Assembly (NCBI GenBank): GCA_032718475.1
Contig: JAUCBJ010005698.1
Span: 1 to 64,000 of the forward strand
DNA length: 64,000 bases
Direction of reading: 5' to 3'
From: Nemertoderma westbladi
Taxonomy: Eukaryota; Animalia; Xenacoelomorpha
The notes under the pieces are model-generated. The model made no database searches, was not told the origin of the DNA, and worked only from the letters and a program-made list of their open reading frames with translations. Below, in pieces: positions 22,501-35,400 of this stretch; the stretch's first letter is position 1; each line of letters opens with the position of its first letter. The position numbers and the translations under genes are program-made.

Positions 22501-24141
22501 GGACCCGGCACCGCAGTCTACTAAGATCCGGTCTCCGTTGGCCGCCGTTGCTATGGGAATTACGTGAGCGTCAACCTCTTTATCCCATATCCCGTGAGCC
22601 ATAGTGAGGTCGTTATTAATGCCCAGGGCTTGTAGAACGTGAGACAACGATGAGTTGAGCAGATAGCACCCACTGCCACGCTTACCTAACAGAACGGACG
22701 GCGCCAATTCTTTTATTCCAAGTAGTCTAAATATAATAAACAATAGATAAATACACAACTAATACTGTAGTTTTCCAATTTGAGTGTCGGGTGATATTAA
22801 GATATATATATTTTATTCAAAAATGTAAATATTTTTCAGCCGGGGAGTTTTATTGTATGAAACAATATTGCTTTACTTTATGTTATGGATAACATAAAGG
22901 ACATAACTTTACAATTTATATTACACTTGTAAACAATTAACATTTCAACGAGTTGTTTCACATTTTAAACAATTCAGAATACTATGATCATAGTTTGTTA
23001 GTAGACATGTTGGCGATGGGTTTTAAATTGTTTATGAATGCATTCAAACTTTATTGAAAGTGATTGACAGCGGATATAAAACAGAAATCAAACTCATCAA
23101 AATTTATAATCGTAATATATTATATTTTATAAATATAATTAAAATTCAGTAGATATCGGAATATATTATTAATAAACTAACTTTTCAGGTTGTCTGTCAA
23201 ACACCCCTGGGTTCGCCAAACAGTCCACATTATGCCAGGGAATCTTCATATGAACGTTGTAGACAATATCGTCCAAAAGGCCTTTTAAGTCATTTGTAAC
23301 ACGACCGCTACTGAACTCGATTCCGAGTGTTTCCTGCACGAATCTCTCCGCTTGTTGACGCGTTACAGCAAAATCTTGTAGGTGGTCAGAGTTTCTACGT
23401 AGTTGATTGGTAACCAAACCGCTACTACGGACACCAACTGGTTGGTAGGAGTTTCTAAAAATTATAAGAAAATATTGAAATTTTCTGATTTCAGCTCCAC
23501 CTCGGCCGTGCTGCACCATCAGAACTAATTTTATATACTTAAACGTAAACCAAGAACATACAATAAGCCGACTGGAGAAGGAAGCTTCATTCTAAGATGA
23601 TATTAATTACCAGTGAACTTCAGGAATAAGTTATGTTATACCCAGCCAGAGTTGTTTCTTCGATGAACATTGAAGGACCAGCCAGTGCATAATCTTGTGC
23701 TTTGGTAGCCTCATGGCTGCATGGAGTGAATAAGCATGGTGGACAGCCCATGACTTTCTTGAGACGCATCTTAAAGGACACTGGCCTTGAAGATGCGACA
23801 TTTCTGCGCCCACAGTTGTAGTAAATATGCACGCGGGGTAATAATTAATTACTCTTGGGTTAAAAAGAATATGTCCGGTGTTACGTGGTCGCAAATATTA
23901 TTGAGTTCTTGTTATTATTTTACATAAAAGCGAATCTACCTTACTTTACTGTTTGTTTGTTTGTTGCCCCGGCAATGTGTAAACAAAAAGCGAGAATTAA
24001 TGATAAACCCCTTTATAGACTCCACTATCATTTATTGTCAACTATGGAACCATTACCCCTACACTGAATATTACAGGTAGTAGTTTAGACAGTAATTGGA
24101 GGATAAAAAGAGACTAACCTGGGAGACTTTCTCAAATACAT
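19587..24141 (-). CDS. NAT: Arylamine N-acetyltransferase family protein, ~343 aa; exons 24141-24119, 23454-23182, 22726-22319, 19914-19587
   Basis: IPWHN (cf. IPFEN), KRGSGCYLLN (catalytic Cys), DAHVIP (His), ILVDCGAG (Asp). All three introns are GT-AG and phase 2; joined length 1032 nt is in frame. The short first exon is the least certain. Confidence 0.85.
20018..22169 (+). mobile_element. Decayed RTE-clade LINE in NAT intron 3 (antisense to the gene)
   Basis: EN remnant (DFNA) and RT motifs PVPKKGNL..FRGISL..KLYN, QNGFR, FVDFFKAFDSV, GVRQGDTLAPFLF, LDFADD; frameshifts and deletions; split by the 20892-21491 insertion. Confidence 0.93.
20892..21491 (+). mobile_element. Non-coding interspersed element (HINE/DINE-1-like), copy 2, bounded by TGTG, inserted in RTE RT
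   Basis: Removing it plus one TGTG restores the RT frame YVGLTTFVSTVDDDTYPF..GVRQGD; similar to 8109-8637. Confidence 0.9.
23672..23798 (+). mobile_element. Short RTE 3' fragment in NAT intron 1
   Basis: Matches 34841-34958 (gaccagccagtgcataat...aaggacactggcctt). Confidence 0.85.
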
Positions 24142-24248
24142 AACGGAGGACGGCGGACTGAAACCACAATATCTTCACATTATATTCTTAATTAATCATT
24201 ATTCAATTTCAGTGCCAGTTTCATTAAATTACAATTTATTTCAAATTA

Positions 24249-24415
24249 GTATCAATAGTACTGTATCAATAGTACTGTATCAATAGTACTGTATTAAAGT
24301 ACTGTATCAATAATACTGTATTAAAGTACTGTATCAATAATACTGTATTAAAGTACTGTATCAATAGTACTGTATTAAAGTACTGTATCAATAGTACTGT
24401 ATTAAAGTACTGTAC
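24249..24415. repeat. 13/14-bp alternating minisatellite (27-bp dimer)
   Basis: tactgtatcaatag / tactgtattaaag repeated. Confidence 0.9.
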
Positions 24416-25825
24416 AATCAGAATTGGATGATATTGGTCTAATAAATTCGATTGCACTGTGCGTGTATGGTTACAGTAGGAGTGATCAATGAATGATTAT
24501 TATTATATTACATCTCAGCTGGCGCGCATTGTCATTGAACCTTGAGCCTGCTATGGAACTGACCAATAAATGGGCTGGCTTTTGTATCGGGATCTCAGTT
24601 AGCTCTCTGGGCTGACAATAATTGCACCAATGGGTTGCGATCCCGTTACGTGACGTCAGTTGTATTGGGTCACAATGTTACTTTTACATTTCCACTGGAA
24701 TACAGTTTACTATTGTAGTAGCCTAGTGCAATTTAGCTGGTTATCAACTTACCGTTGCTACTGTATTGTCCGTGGCCGTGGCGGGGGTTTCCAGGCAACA
24801 AATGTATCTTCCGCTTTGCTATTTGTCGTTGACTTCCAGGGCAAATGGACTTGTCGTGACTGGTTGTCGCGGGTTTCACGGTATAATTTGCGGCGGTTCC
24901 ACGGAAAAACCACGCCATTTGGATTTGCCGTCGAAAGTCACCTTATTTAATTCAGGTTGATGGTCACAACTACAAGTAGGTGTAGGTGTGTGTGTGTAGG
25001 TGTAAGTGTAGGCACAGCGTTTATCCCCCAATATATTAAGTAATTATTATTCCCATACTTAAAACTATCATGTCATCTTACTTGCTAGTGTTACGGGGTC
25101 TGATGCCGCTGCGTAGATATTGGGTGACAGCAGATAATAGAATATTATCTGACTATATTTAAGAATACAATTCAGAATAAAACACACATCATCGCATCCT
25201 GCTAAAGCCCAGTAACGTAGAATAACAGCTCTTCCTCGGTTCCACCACTGCCTTAACCTCTAACAACAAGAGGCGTGTCGACGATATCTTATCGCATACA
25301 ACCAGAACCGAGACGCGGCGCGTGTTGTACCTCAAGCGATGTCCGGTAAAGGATCTTCGATGAGTTACTATCACGCGAAGTCGGCGGCACCCAGATCAGT
25401 GGGAACGTCGATACAACCGATCGTTGGCGAGACAATGCTATACTAAAGAAGGACCGCGTACTGCGGTAGACGTAGAACTTAGTGAAAAAGAGTCGGATGA
25501 CATAGACCTTATTTTAGCACATATTGTTTATATATGAATACCCACGTAGATGTATTATATACGCATACATTTTTGCCGAGTTACTTTATCAGGTAAACAA
25601 AATGTTGCAGAATAATATAGTGGATTTCTTAAATAATAAATGGCCTGGAGCAGCGGAAGCAAATACACGCAGCATTCGAATGACCATAACTCAGCTATTT
25701 CCCAACAAAATTCAAATATTTTTACATATTTGGAATCCTTGCACGGTCAGCTTTCCACTAATACCAACCAACAAATCACTAAATGTTTGAAGAATAACTG
25801 CTGTGTAAATTTATTTATTATTTAA

Positions 25826-28800
25826 CTCATAATATATTACAATAACTGCAGTTTAACTTGTGCAATATCGACAGAGACTCTTTTTTCAAACGCTTGTAGC
25901 TAAAGAATGAAAGCGAAAATAAAAATTCTGGCTCACCCAGCGAGGAGGAGGGAGGTGAAATTATCTGATTCAATTTCATGCATCTCCTTTTCTCTTATAT
26001 TGTACATGTCTGCAATGTGGCTGAAAAAGCATAGAAAACGATATACCATCGGAAAGAGGATCATCAAAAGTACATAACAATTTGAAACAAAAGATAATTT
26101 TTTGACGCCCCCTAGCGGCCTGCGTGAGATTTAAAAAATTTCACTAAAAAGACTACTCATCCGTTATTTTCCATTTTTATTTTTCGATACCACATTTTTT
26201 GGAACGAGCGTGTTCATTTTCATCATATTTTCACGCACTTTTTTTTTATTTTCGTTTTCTATTTCTGATAATTAGAAATTTTGTAAAAAAAAATTCAAAA
26301 TTTTTTAAACAATGAAAAAACCCATGTTTTTTGTAATTGTTAATTAAAAAAACGGGGAAATATTATTAAATTAAGAAAAGTGCGTGAAATTTATTGAATG
26401 TCTATTGTGTATTGGTGTCACTGAATTAACACACTATACACCATGTCCTGGTTCATTATTCAGGCACCTCCACCCCCCTCCCCTCCCATATACACCATGT
26501 CCTGGTTCATTATTCAGGCACCTCCACCCCCCTCCCCTCCCATATACACCATGTCCTGGTTCATTATTCAGGCACCTCCACCCCCCTCCCCTCCCATATA
26601 CACCTGTCCTGGTTCATTATTCAGGCACCTCCACCCCCCTCCCCTCCCATATACACCATGTCCTGGTTCATTATTCAGGCACCTCCACCCCCCTCCCCTC
26701 CCATATACACCATGTCCTGGTTTAATATTCAGGCACCTCCACCCCCTCCCCTCCCATATACACCATGTCCTGGTTCATTATTCAGGCACCTCCACCCCCC
26801 TCCCCTCCCATATACACCATGTCCTGGTTCATTATTCAGGCACCTCCACCCCCCTCCCCTCCCATATACACCATGTCCTGGTTTAATATTCAGGCACCTC
26901 CAACCCCTCCCCTCCCATATACACCATGTCCTGGTTCATTATTCTGGCCCCTCCACCCCCTCCCCTCCCATATACATCATGTCCTGGTTCATTATTCTGG
27001 CCCCTCCACCCCCCTCCCCTCCCATATACACCATGTCCTGGTTCATTATTAAGGCACCTCCACCCCCCTCCCCTCCCATATACACCATGTCCTGGTTCAT
27101 TATTAAGGCACCTCCACCCCCCTCCCCTCCCATATACACCATGTCCTGGTTCATTATTAAGGCACCTCCACCCCCCTCCCCTCCCATATACACCATGTCC
27201 TGGTTCATTATTCAGGCACCTCCAACCCCTCCCCTCCCATATACACCATGTCCTGGTTCATTATTAAGGCACCTCCACCCCCCTCCCCTCCCATATACAC
27301 CATGTCCTGGTTCATTATTCAGGCACCTCCACCCCCCTCCCCTCCCATATACACCATGTCCTGGTTCATTATTCAGGCACCTCCAACCCCTCCCCTCCCA
27401 TATACACCATGTCCTGGTTCATTATTCTGGCCCCTCCACCCCCCTCCCCTCCCATATACACCATGTCCTGGTTCATTATTAAGGCACCTCCACCCCCCTC
27501 CCCTCCCATATACACCATGTCCTGGTTCATTATTAAGGCACCTCCACCCCCCTCCCCTCCCATATACACCTGTCCTGGTTCATTATTCAGGCACCTCCAA
27601 CCCCTCCCCTCCCATATACACCATGTCCTGGTTCATTATTCTGGCCCCTCCACCCCCCTCCCCTCCCATATACACCATGTCCTGGTTCATTATTAAGGCA
27701 CCTCCACCCCCCTCCCCTCCCATATACACCATGTCCTGGTTCATTATTAAGGCACCTCCACCCCCCTCCCCTCCCATATACACCTGTCCTGGTTCATTAT
27801 TCAGGCACCTCCACCCCCCTCCCCTCCCATATACACCATGTCCTGGTTCATTATTCAGGCACCTCCACCCCCCTCCCCTCCCATATACACCATGTCCTGG
27901 TTCATTATTCAGGCACCTCCAACCCCCTCCCCTCCCATATACACCATGTCCTGGTTCATTATTCTGGCCCCTCCACCCCCCTCCCCTCCCATATACACCA
28001 TGTCCTGGTTCATTATTAAGGCACCTCCACCCCCCTCCCCTCCCATATACACCATGTCCTGGTTCATTATTCAGGCACCTCCAACCCCTCCCCTCCCATA
28101 TACACCATGTCCTGGTTCATTATTAAGGCACCTCCACCCCCCTCCCCTCCCATATACACCATGTCCTGGTTCATTATTCAGGCACCTCCACCCCCCTCCC
28201 CTCCCATATACACCATGTCCTGGTTCATTATTCAGGCACCTCCAACCCCTCCCCTCCCATATACACCATGTCCTGGTTCATTATTCTGGCCCCTCCACCC
28301 CCCTCCCCTCCCATATACACCATGTCCTGGTTCATTATTAAGGCACCTCCACCCCCCTCCCCTCCCATATACACCATGTCCTGGTTCATTATTAAGGCAC
28401 CTCCACCCCCCTCCCCTCCCATATACACCATGTCCTGGTTTAATATTCAGGCACCTCCACCCCCCTCCCCTCCCATATACACCATGTCCTGGTTCATTAT
28501 TCAGGCACCTCCACCCCCCTCCCCTCCCATATACACCATGTCCTGGTTCATTATTCAGGCACCTCCACCCCCCTCCCCTCCCATATACACCTGTCCTGGT
28601 TCATTATTCAGGCACCTCCACCCCCCTCCCCTCCCATATACACCTGTCCTGGTTCATTATTCAGGCACCTCCACCCCCCTCCCCTCCCATATACACCATG
28701 TCCTGGTTCATTATTCTGGCCCCTCCACCCCCCTCCCCTCCCATATACACCATGTCCTGGTTCATCATTAAGGCACCTCCACCCCCCTCCCCTCCCATAT

Positions 28801-31666
28801 ACACCATGTCCTGGTTCATTATTAAGGCACCTCCACCCCCCTCCCCTCCCATATACACCATGTCCTGGTTCATTATTCAGGCACCTCCACCCCCCTCCCC
28901 TCCCATATACACCATGTCCTGGTTCATTATTCAGGCACCTCCACCCCCCTCCCCTCCCATATACACCATGTCCTGGTTTAATATTCAGGCACCTCCACCC
29001 CCCTCCCCTCCCATATACACCATGTCCTGGTTCATTATTCTGGCCCCTCCACCCCCTCCCCTCCCATATACACCATGTCCTGGTTCATTATTAAGGCACC
29101 TCCACCCCCCTCCCCTCCCATATACACCATGTCCTGGTTCATTATTCAGGCACCTCCACCCCCCTCCCCTCCCATATACACCATGTCCTGGTTCATTATT
29201 CTGGCCCCTCCACCCCCCTCCCCTCCCATATACACCATGTCCTGGTTCATTATTCAGGCACCTCCACCCCCCTCCCCTCCCATATACACCATGTCCTGGT
29301 TCATTATTCAGGCACCTCCACCCCCCTCCCCTCCCATATACACCATGTCCTGGTTCATTATTCAGGCACCTCCACCCCCCTCCCCTCCCATATACACCTG
29401 TCCTGGTTCATTATTCAGGCACCTCCACCCCCCTCCCCTCCCATATACACCATGTCCTGGTTCATTATTCAGGCACCTCCACCCCCCTCCCCTCCCATAT
29501 ACACCATGTCCTGGTTCATTATTCAGGCACCTCCACCCCCCTCCCCTCCCATATACACCTGTCCTGGTTCATTATTCAGGCACCTCCACCCCCCTCCCCT
29601 CCCATATACACCATGTCCTGGTTTAATATTCAGGCACCTCCACCCCCCTCCCCTCCCATATACACCATGTCCTGGTTTAATATTCAGGCACCTCCACCCC
29701 CCTTCCCTCCCATATACACCATGTCCTGGTTCATTATTCAGGCACCTCCACCCCCCTCCCCTCCCATATACACCTGTCCTGGTTCATTATTCAGGCACCT
29801 CCACCCCCCTCCCCTCCCATATACACCATGTCCTGGTTCATTATTCAGGCACCTCCACCCCCCTCCCCTCCCATATACACCATGTCCTGGTTCATTATTC
29901 TGGCCCCTCCACCCCCCTCCCCTCCCATATACACCATGTCCTGGTTCATTATTCAGGCACCTCCACCCCCTCCCCTCCCATATACACCATGTCCTGGTTC
30001 ATTATTCAGGCACCTCCACCCCCCTCCCCTCCCATATACACCTGTCCTGGTTCATTATTCAGGCACCTCCACCCCCCTCCCCTCCCATATACACCATGTC
30101 CTGGTTTAATATTCAGGCACCTCCACCCCCCTCCCCTCCCATATACACCATGTCCTGGTTTAATATTCAGGCACCTCCACCCCCCTTCCCTCCCATATAC
30201 ACCATGTCCTGGTTCATTATTCAGGCACCTCCACCCCCCTCCCCTCCCATATACACCTGTCCTGGTTCATTATTCAGGCACCTCCACCCCCCTCCCCTCC
30301 CATATACACCATGTCCTGGTTTAATATTCAGGCACCTCCACCCCCCTTCCCTCCCATATACACCATGTCCTGGTTCATTATTCAGGCACCTCCACCCCCC
30401 TCCCCTCCCATATACACCTGTCCTGGTTCATTATTCAGGCACCTCCACCCCCCTCCCCTCCCATATACACCTGTCCTGGTTCATTATTCAGGCACCTCCA
30501 CCCCCCTCCCCTCCCATATACACCATGTCCTGGTTTAATATTCAGGCACCTCCACCCCCCTTCCCTCCCATATACACCATGTCCTGGTTCATTATTCAGG
30601 CACCTCCACCCCCCTCCCCTCCCATATACACCTGTCCTGGTTCATTATTCAGGCACCTCCACCCCCCTCCCCTCCCATATACACCATGTCCTGGTTTAAT
30701 ATTCAGGCACCTCCACCCCCCTTCCCTCCCATATACACCATGTCCTGGTTCATTATTCAGGCACCTCCACCCCCCTCCCCTCCCATATACACCTGTCCTG
30801 GTTCATTATTCAGGCACCTCCACCCCCCTCCCCTCCCATATACACCATGTCCTGGTTTAATATTCAGGCACCTCCACCCCCCTTCCCTCCCATATACACC
30901 ATGTCCTGGTTCATTATTCAGGCACATCCACCCCCCTCCCCTCCCATATACACCATGTCCTGGTTCATTATTCAGGCACCTCCACCCCCCTCCCCTCCCA
31001 TATACACCATGTCCTGGTTTAATATTCAGGCACCTCCACCCCCCTTCCCTCCCATATACACCATGTCCTGGTTCATTATTCAGGCACCTCCACCCCCCTC
31101 CCCTCCCATATACACCTGTCCTGGTTCATTATTCAGGCACCTCCACCCCCCTCCCCTCCCATATACACCATGTCCTGGTTTAATATTCAGGCACCTCCAC
31201 CCCCCTTCCCTCCCATATACACCATGTCCTGGTTCATTATTCAGGCACCTCCACCCCCCTCCCCTCCCATATACACCTGTCCTGGTTCATTATTCAGGCA
31301 CCTCCACCCCCCTCCCCTCCCATATACACCTGTCCTGGTTTAATATTCAGGCACATCCACCCCCCTCCCCTCCCATATACACCATGTCCTGGTTCATTAT
31401 TCAGGCACCTCCACCCCCCTCCCCTCCCATATACACCATGTCCTGGTTTAATATTCAGGCACCTCCACCCCCATCCCCCAATTTATCTTCAAATCTTAAT
31501 GAGATTGCATGAAATTAGAAACATAGATAGTTTCACCTCCCTCCTCCTACGTGGGTGAGACATAATTTTTATTTTCGCTTTCAATCACCATGCGCCAAGC
31601 GTTTGAAGAAGTGTCTCTGACGATATTGCCCCAGTTACTCCCATCGCAGTTAATCTTCATCCTGAG
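25826..31666. mobile_element. Putative non-autonomous TIR element with long imperfect inverted ends, enclosing a 5-kb satellite
   Basis: 25856-25986 (gcaatatcgacagagac..tgaaagcgaaaataaaaatt..ggaggagggaggtgaaa..aatttcatgca) is the reverse complement of 31501-31637. Exact ends and TSD not resolved. Confidence 0.75.
26435..31475. repeat. 54-bp satellite, ~94 copies, C-rich on the plus strand
   Basis: Unit catgtcctggttcattattcaggcacctccacccccctcccctcccatatacac with 53-bp variants. Confidence 0.98.
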
Positions 31667-31772
31667 ATATGGGCTTTCGAAAGTTTATTGGTTCAGCATC
31701 ACTGCGCGAGGCGTGTGTCTGCTGATAATGTAGACACCGACACCAGGACTATTCTACAACAAAGCTTGTTGG

Positions 31773-32002
31773 GGAGACAGGGGGGGGGGGGGGGGGACTT
31801 GACGCAACTCCCAAATCTATGAAATAATATTTCGTCTCAATGTTAAATTAACAAATTAGGGAAAGGAGCAGGTTACAGTGGTACGTTATTCTAACTAATA
31901 CAATCAACTAAAGTCAATAGAACAGGTTACAGTTTTATTTTGGAAGCAGCTGTTATTTGCATCAATTTTCTCCTGGGGAGGGATGAATACTGAATGCGTC
32001 GT
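31773..32002. mobile_element. Poly-G-ended MITE-like repeat, degenerate copy
   Basis: Similar to 55083-55317 (gagacaG(n)act.gacgcaa..ctcaatgttaaatt..aatagaacaggttacagttttatttt..gagggatgaat). Confidence 0.75.
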
Positions 32003-32422
32003 CAAAATAACCCTACTTAGCCTTGTAAGATTACCTGCTACTTTAATATTATCTGGCGAGGGTTTTTGGGATTAGATATTCGGTCGGGTAGGGAGGGAGG
32101 TGCTCGCCGCATTAAATATGATATGGCGAATTGTTAACAATTTATTTTATTACCATTTATTCGCACTTCTCAGAAAAGAGTGGGGTTTTTCACATATCAG
32201 CAACTATTAGGCCCACGTGGGGATTCGATTGTTTAGTCGATGTTTAGGCCACATTTCTGGAGCGAAAAGGAAGAGATTGTCGAAATATGAATAGCAAATT
32301 CTGAATTTTCTATTGATATTTTGGTCAACAAAGTTTAGGGAACTTTATCTGTCTATCACATACATTTATTAATTGCTTAATTAATTGCATCGATTAAAAC
32401 AGCTCTAGGTACTCAATCTAAA

Positions 32423-35400
32423 CTACCTAAACCTCCCCTGACCCCTAAGATCCTTCAGTATCGGCCCTGCCCTCCTCCCCAACACCTTTCTCTCCTTCCT
32501 ATGTTTGACCTCGTCATCTTTCAGTCTACGCTGCTTGGGTGACGGCTCAACCGCCACAGTAAACTCACAGTCCCCCATCTGTTTACGCATTCTTGGCAAC
32601 CGCTTCCCAGCAACCCTGTCGCCTAGAGCAACGCCAACCTCCTCCTTAGAACTCCCACCAACGAACGAACTGAAATCTTCCCCGGGTTTCAACTCGTAAA
32701 ATTTCGTTGTATTCTGACGTGACTCCGTAACAGTTTTCGTGTCGACAGATTTCCCGCGAGTTCTATTAGTTGCTTTAGAAACTCGATTTAAATTCTCGGT
32801 TAATTTACTGACATTCTCCCGCGGTTTCTTAGATTCCTCGGAACCATCATCGGACACCTCATAGAACTCGCTTTGTTTATCGGCCTCGGTGAATTTGAAT
32901 TTCCCGCGGTCGCCCCGGGGATTGGCTCGCTTGTAATCCTCGCTGTCTGGGTCCACCTCAAGGTCCGGGTTGCTAAACAACGCCGCGAACCTGGCATCCG
33001 TAACCGGCGTCAACGACTCAACATCCTCCTTCACTCCCCCCATTTCTTCATCTTTCTTCCCTTTCTTTTCCCTGACTAACTTCCGCTCCCGTAAATACCT
33101 CAACGCCATCAACTTGTTGACTCGCGGCAATTTCTTTAATTTAACTCGATTTTCTCTCACCTCCTCGATCTTCGCCTGTATTTTCTCCCGACGGTACCGC
33201 TGGTACGCGAATGGGTCGGCCAGCTGACTAGCCCGTTTGTACAGCCGAATATCGATAAAGTAGCCGTGCATGTAGGGGTAGACGAGGTTGGTGCCAACGA
33301 CGTGAGAGAGCCCGAGGGAGTTGAGTTCGCGAGGAGTTGTAAAGCGGTAGTCGTCGTACACGGAAACCTCGTCGGTCTCCTCTAATTCCTCGGTGAGGCT
33401 GTCCAGGAAGGAGCACCAAGAGGGAGCCGCTCCCAACTCGGGGAGGTAGTAGACCCCGGTCTCGGGGGCCTCGAGAGCGAGGAGGATCAGTCCGGATTCC
33501 GGGAACCGAGCGGCGGCGCGGACCTCGGCCGGAGGCTCGATCGCGGTGAACGGCGCGCCAGAATCCGCGCGCCACAACTTTAGGACTTTTGCGTCGGCGG
33601 AGTAGACGAGTCCGGCCGCCGCCTCGTCGACGAACCCCAGCGAGTGGATCGGGAGGTCGTACTGGTGTTCCTTCCGGAGGAACGGCTTGTCGGAACGCAG
33701 ATCGTAGAGGAGGACCGCCCCGGAACGCGTTCCCACCCCGAGTTCCACGGAGTTGCGGAACGCGAGGGCCGTGGTTCCGGATTCGGAAGGGAGACTTCCG
33801 ACTCGACGCGGCGTCCGGCGCGGGTCCCACAGCTCGACAGTACCGGCACCCGCCGCCAGGAGGCCGTGGCGTGGGTTCAGGGCCAGACAATCGAACCCCC
33901 CCGCGGTCTCGCTGAGTAGCGAACGGAGGAATCGGCCCTGCTCCAGGTTAATCCGGAATATTTCCGGCCCGTCGCCGGCCACGTAAAGGTCGCAGTTGCC
34001 ATGGTGATACAACAGATCACGACCGAAACGCGGAACTCGTAGTTTATAGTATTTACCTGAAGTAAAAAAAACAGTAAATTTATTTGCCATAAAAATATTT
34101 CATTATCGTGACAAACTTCGAAAACTACAAAATAAATTAATTAAAATTAAAAATATTTATATTTTCCCTTATAGCTGATGACAATTAATTAATTAATTAA
34201 CAAACAATACAACAATAATGAAGAACAAAAACAAATGATAGTTAACAGTTTATGTTACAGATGTTACAAGAGTACTCTCAGAATCACTAGAGGGAGCCCA
34301 ACGGCTCCTCAGCTCATTAGAACATGCTGCTTCTAGTGTTGGTCTATTCGTTAACTTCTGGAAGACCAACATTCTGACAGTTAACTTTGAAAGTCCTCAG
34401 CAAGTCTCTGATCGGATGAGCATAAGCTCAAAAGATGGTATGCTTGAGCATGTGGATGACTTCTGTTACCTGGGATCATGGATCCGGAAGTCAGGTGAGG
34501 ACCTTCGAATACGTAAGGGAAAGGCATGGGCAGCCTTGAATAGGCTTTCCAGGATTTGGAAGTCACCGAGAATTAATCGGAAACCCCCTAAGGTCCGATT
34601 ATTTAGAGCAGCAGTAGTTCCAGTACTCATCTATGGGAGTCCATGCTGGGCTCTAACTGCTGAGGACACCAAATCTCTGGATGGCACATTCACAAGAATG
34701 CTACGCCGGGTACATTGTGTCAAGTACAATGCACACATCTCCAACCAGACACTATATAACATTGGAGGTGTCTCATTGGTTCCCCCAAGCTTGACACTAG
34801 AACAAAGTCGCCTCTGCTTTGCAGGACATTGCTTTCGCCGTGAGGACCAGCCAGTGCATAATGTTGTACTTTGGCAGTCTCATGGAGTGAATAAGCATGG
34901 TGGACAGCCCATGACTTCCTTGAGACGCATCTTAAAGGACACTGGCCTTAAAGATGCGGATGATCTAGCAAATGTCATGGGTGATAGGGAGTTGTGGCGG
35001 CGAAATTTTGTCGACAAGCCGACACAGCATTCTTAATATATATGTAATATATATATATATAATGCAGCTGCAATGTAGTATGCCGATCGTAGTAGTATGT
35101 TAAGACAACCAGTTTATTTTATAGTAACCAGTTTATGTTACAGTAACAAGTTTGTTTATGTTACAGTAACAAGTTTGTTTATGTTACAGTAACCAGTTTA
35201 TGTTACAGTAACAAGTTTGTTTATGTTACAGTAACCAGTTTATGTTACAGTATCCAGTTTATGTTACAGTAACCAGTTTATGTTACTGTAACCAGTTTAT
35301 GATACAGTAACCAGTTCATGTTACAGTAACCAGTTTATGTTACAGTAACCAGTTTATGTTACAGTAACAAGTTACCATGTTTATTTAATTGTTTAATGTA

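Noticed and set aside
24733-25500. CpG-rich coding-looking stretches upstream of NAT, with a GTAAGT donor near 24750 on minus
   Set aside because: Phase 1 donor does not fit NAT exon 2 (phase 2); no recognisable protein; may be UTR or promoter but cannot be supported.
26384-31512. Long Pro-rich extensin-like ORFs (up to 917 aa)
   Set aside because: Translations of the 54-bp satellite; frames switch at 53-bp variants; no unique coding sequence.
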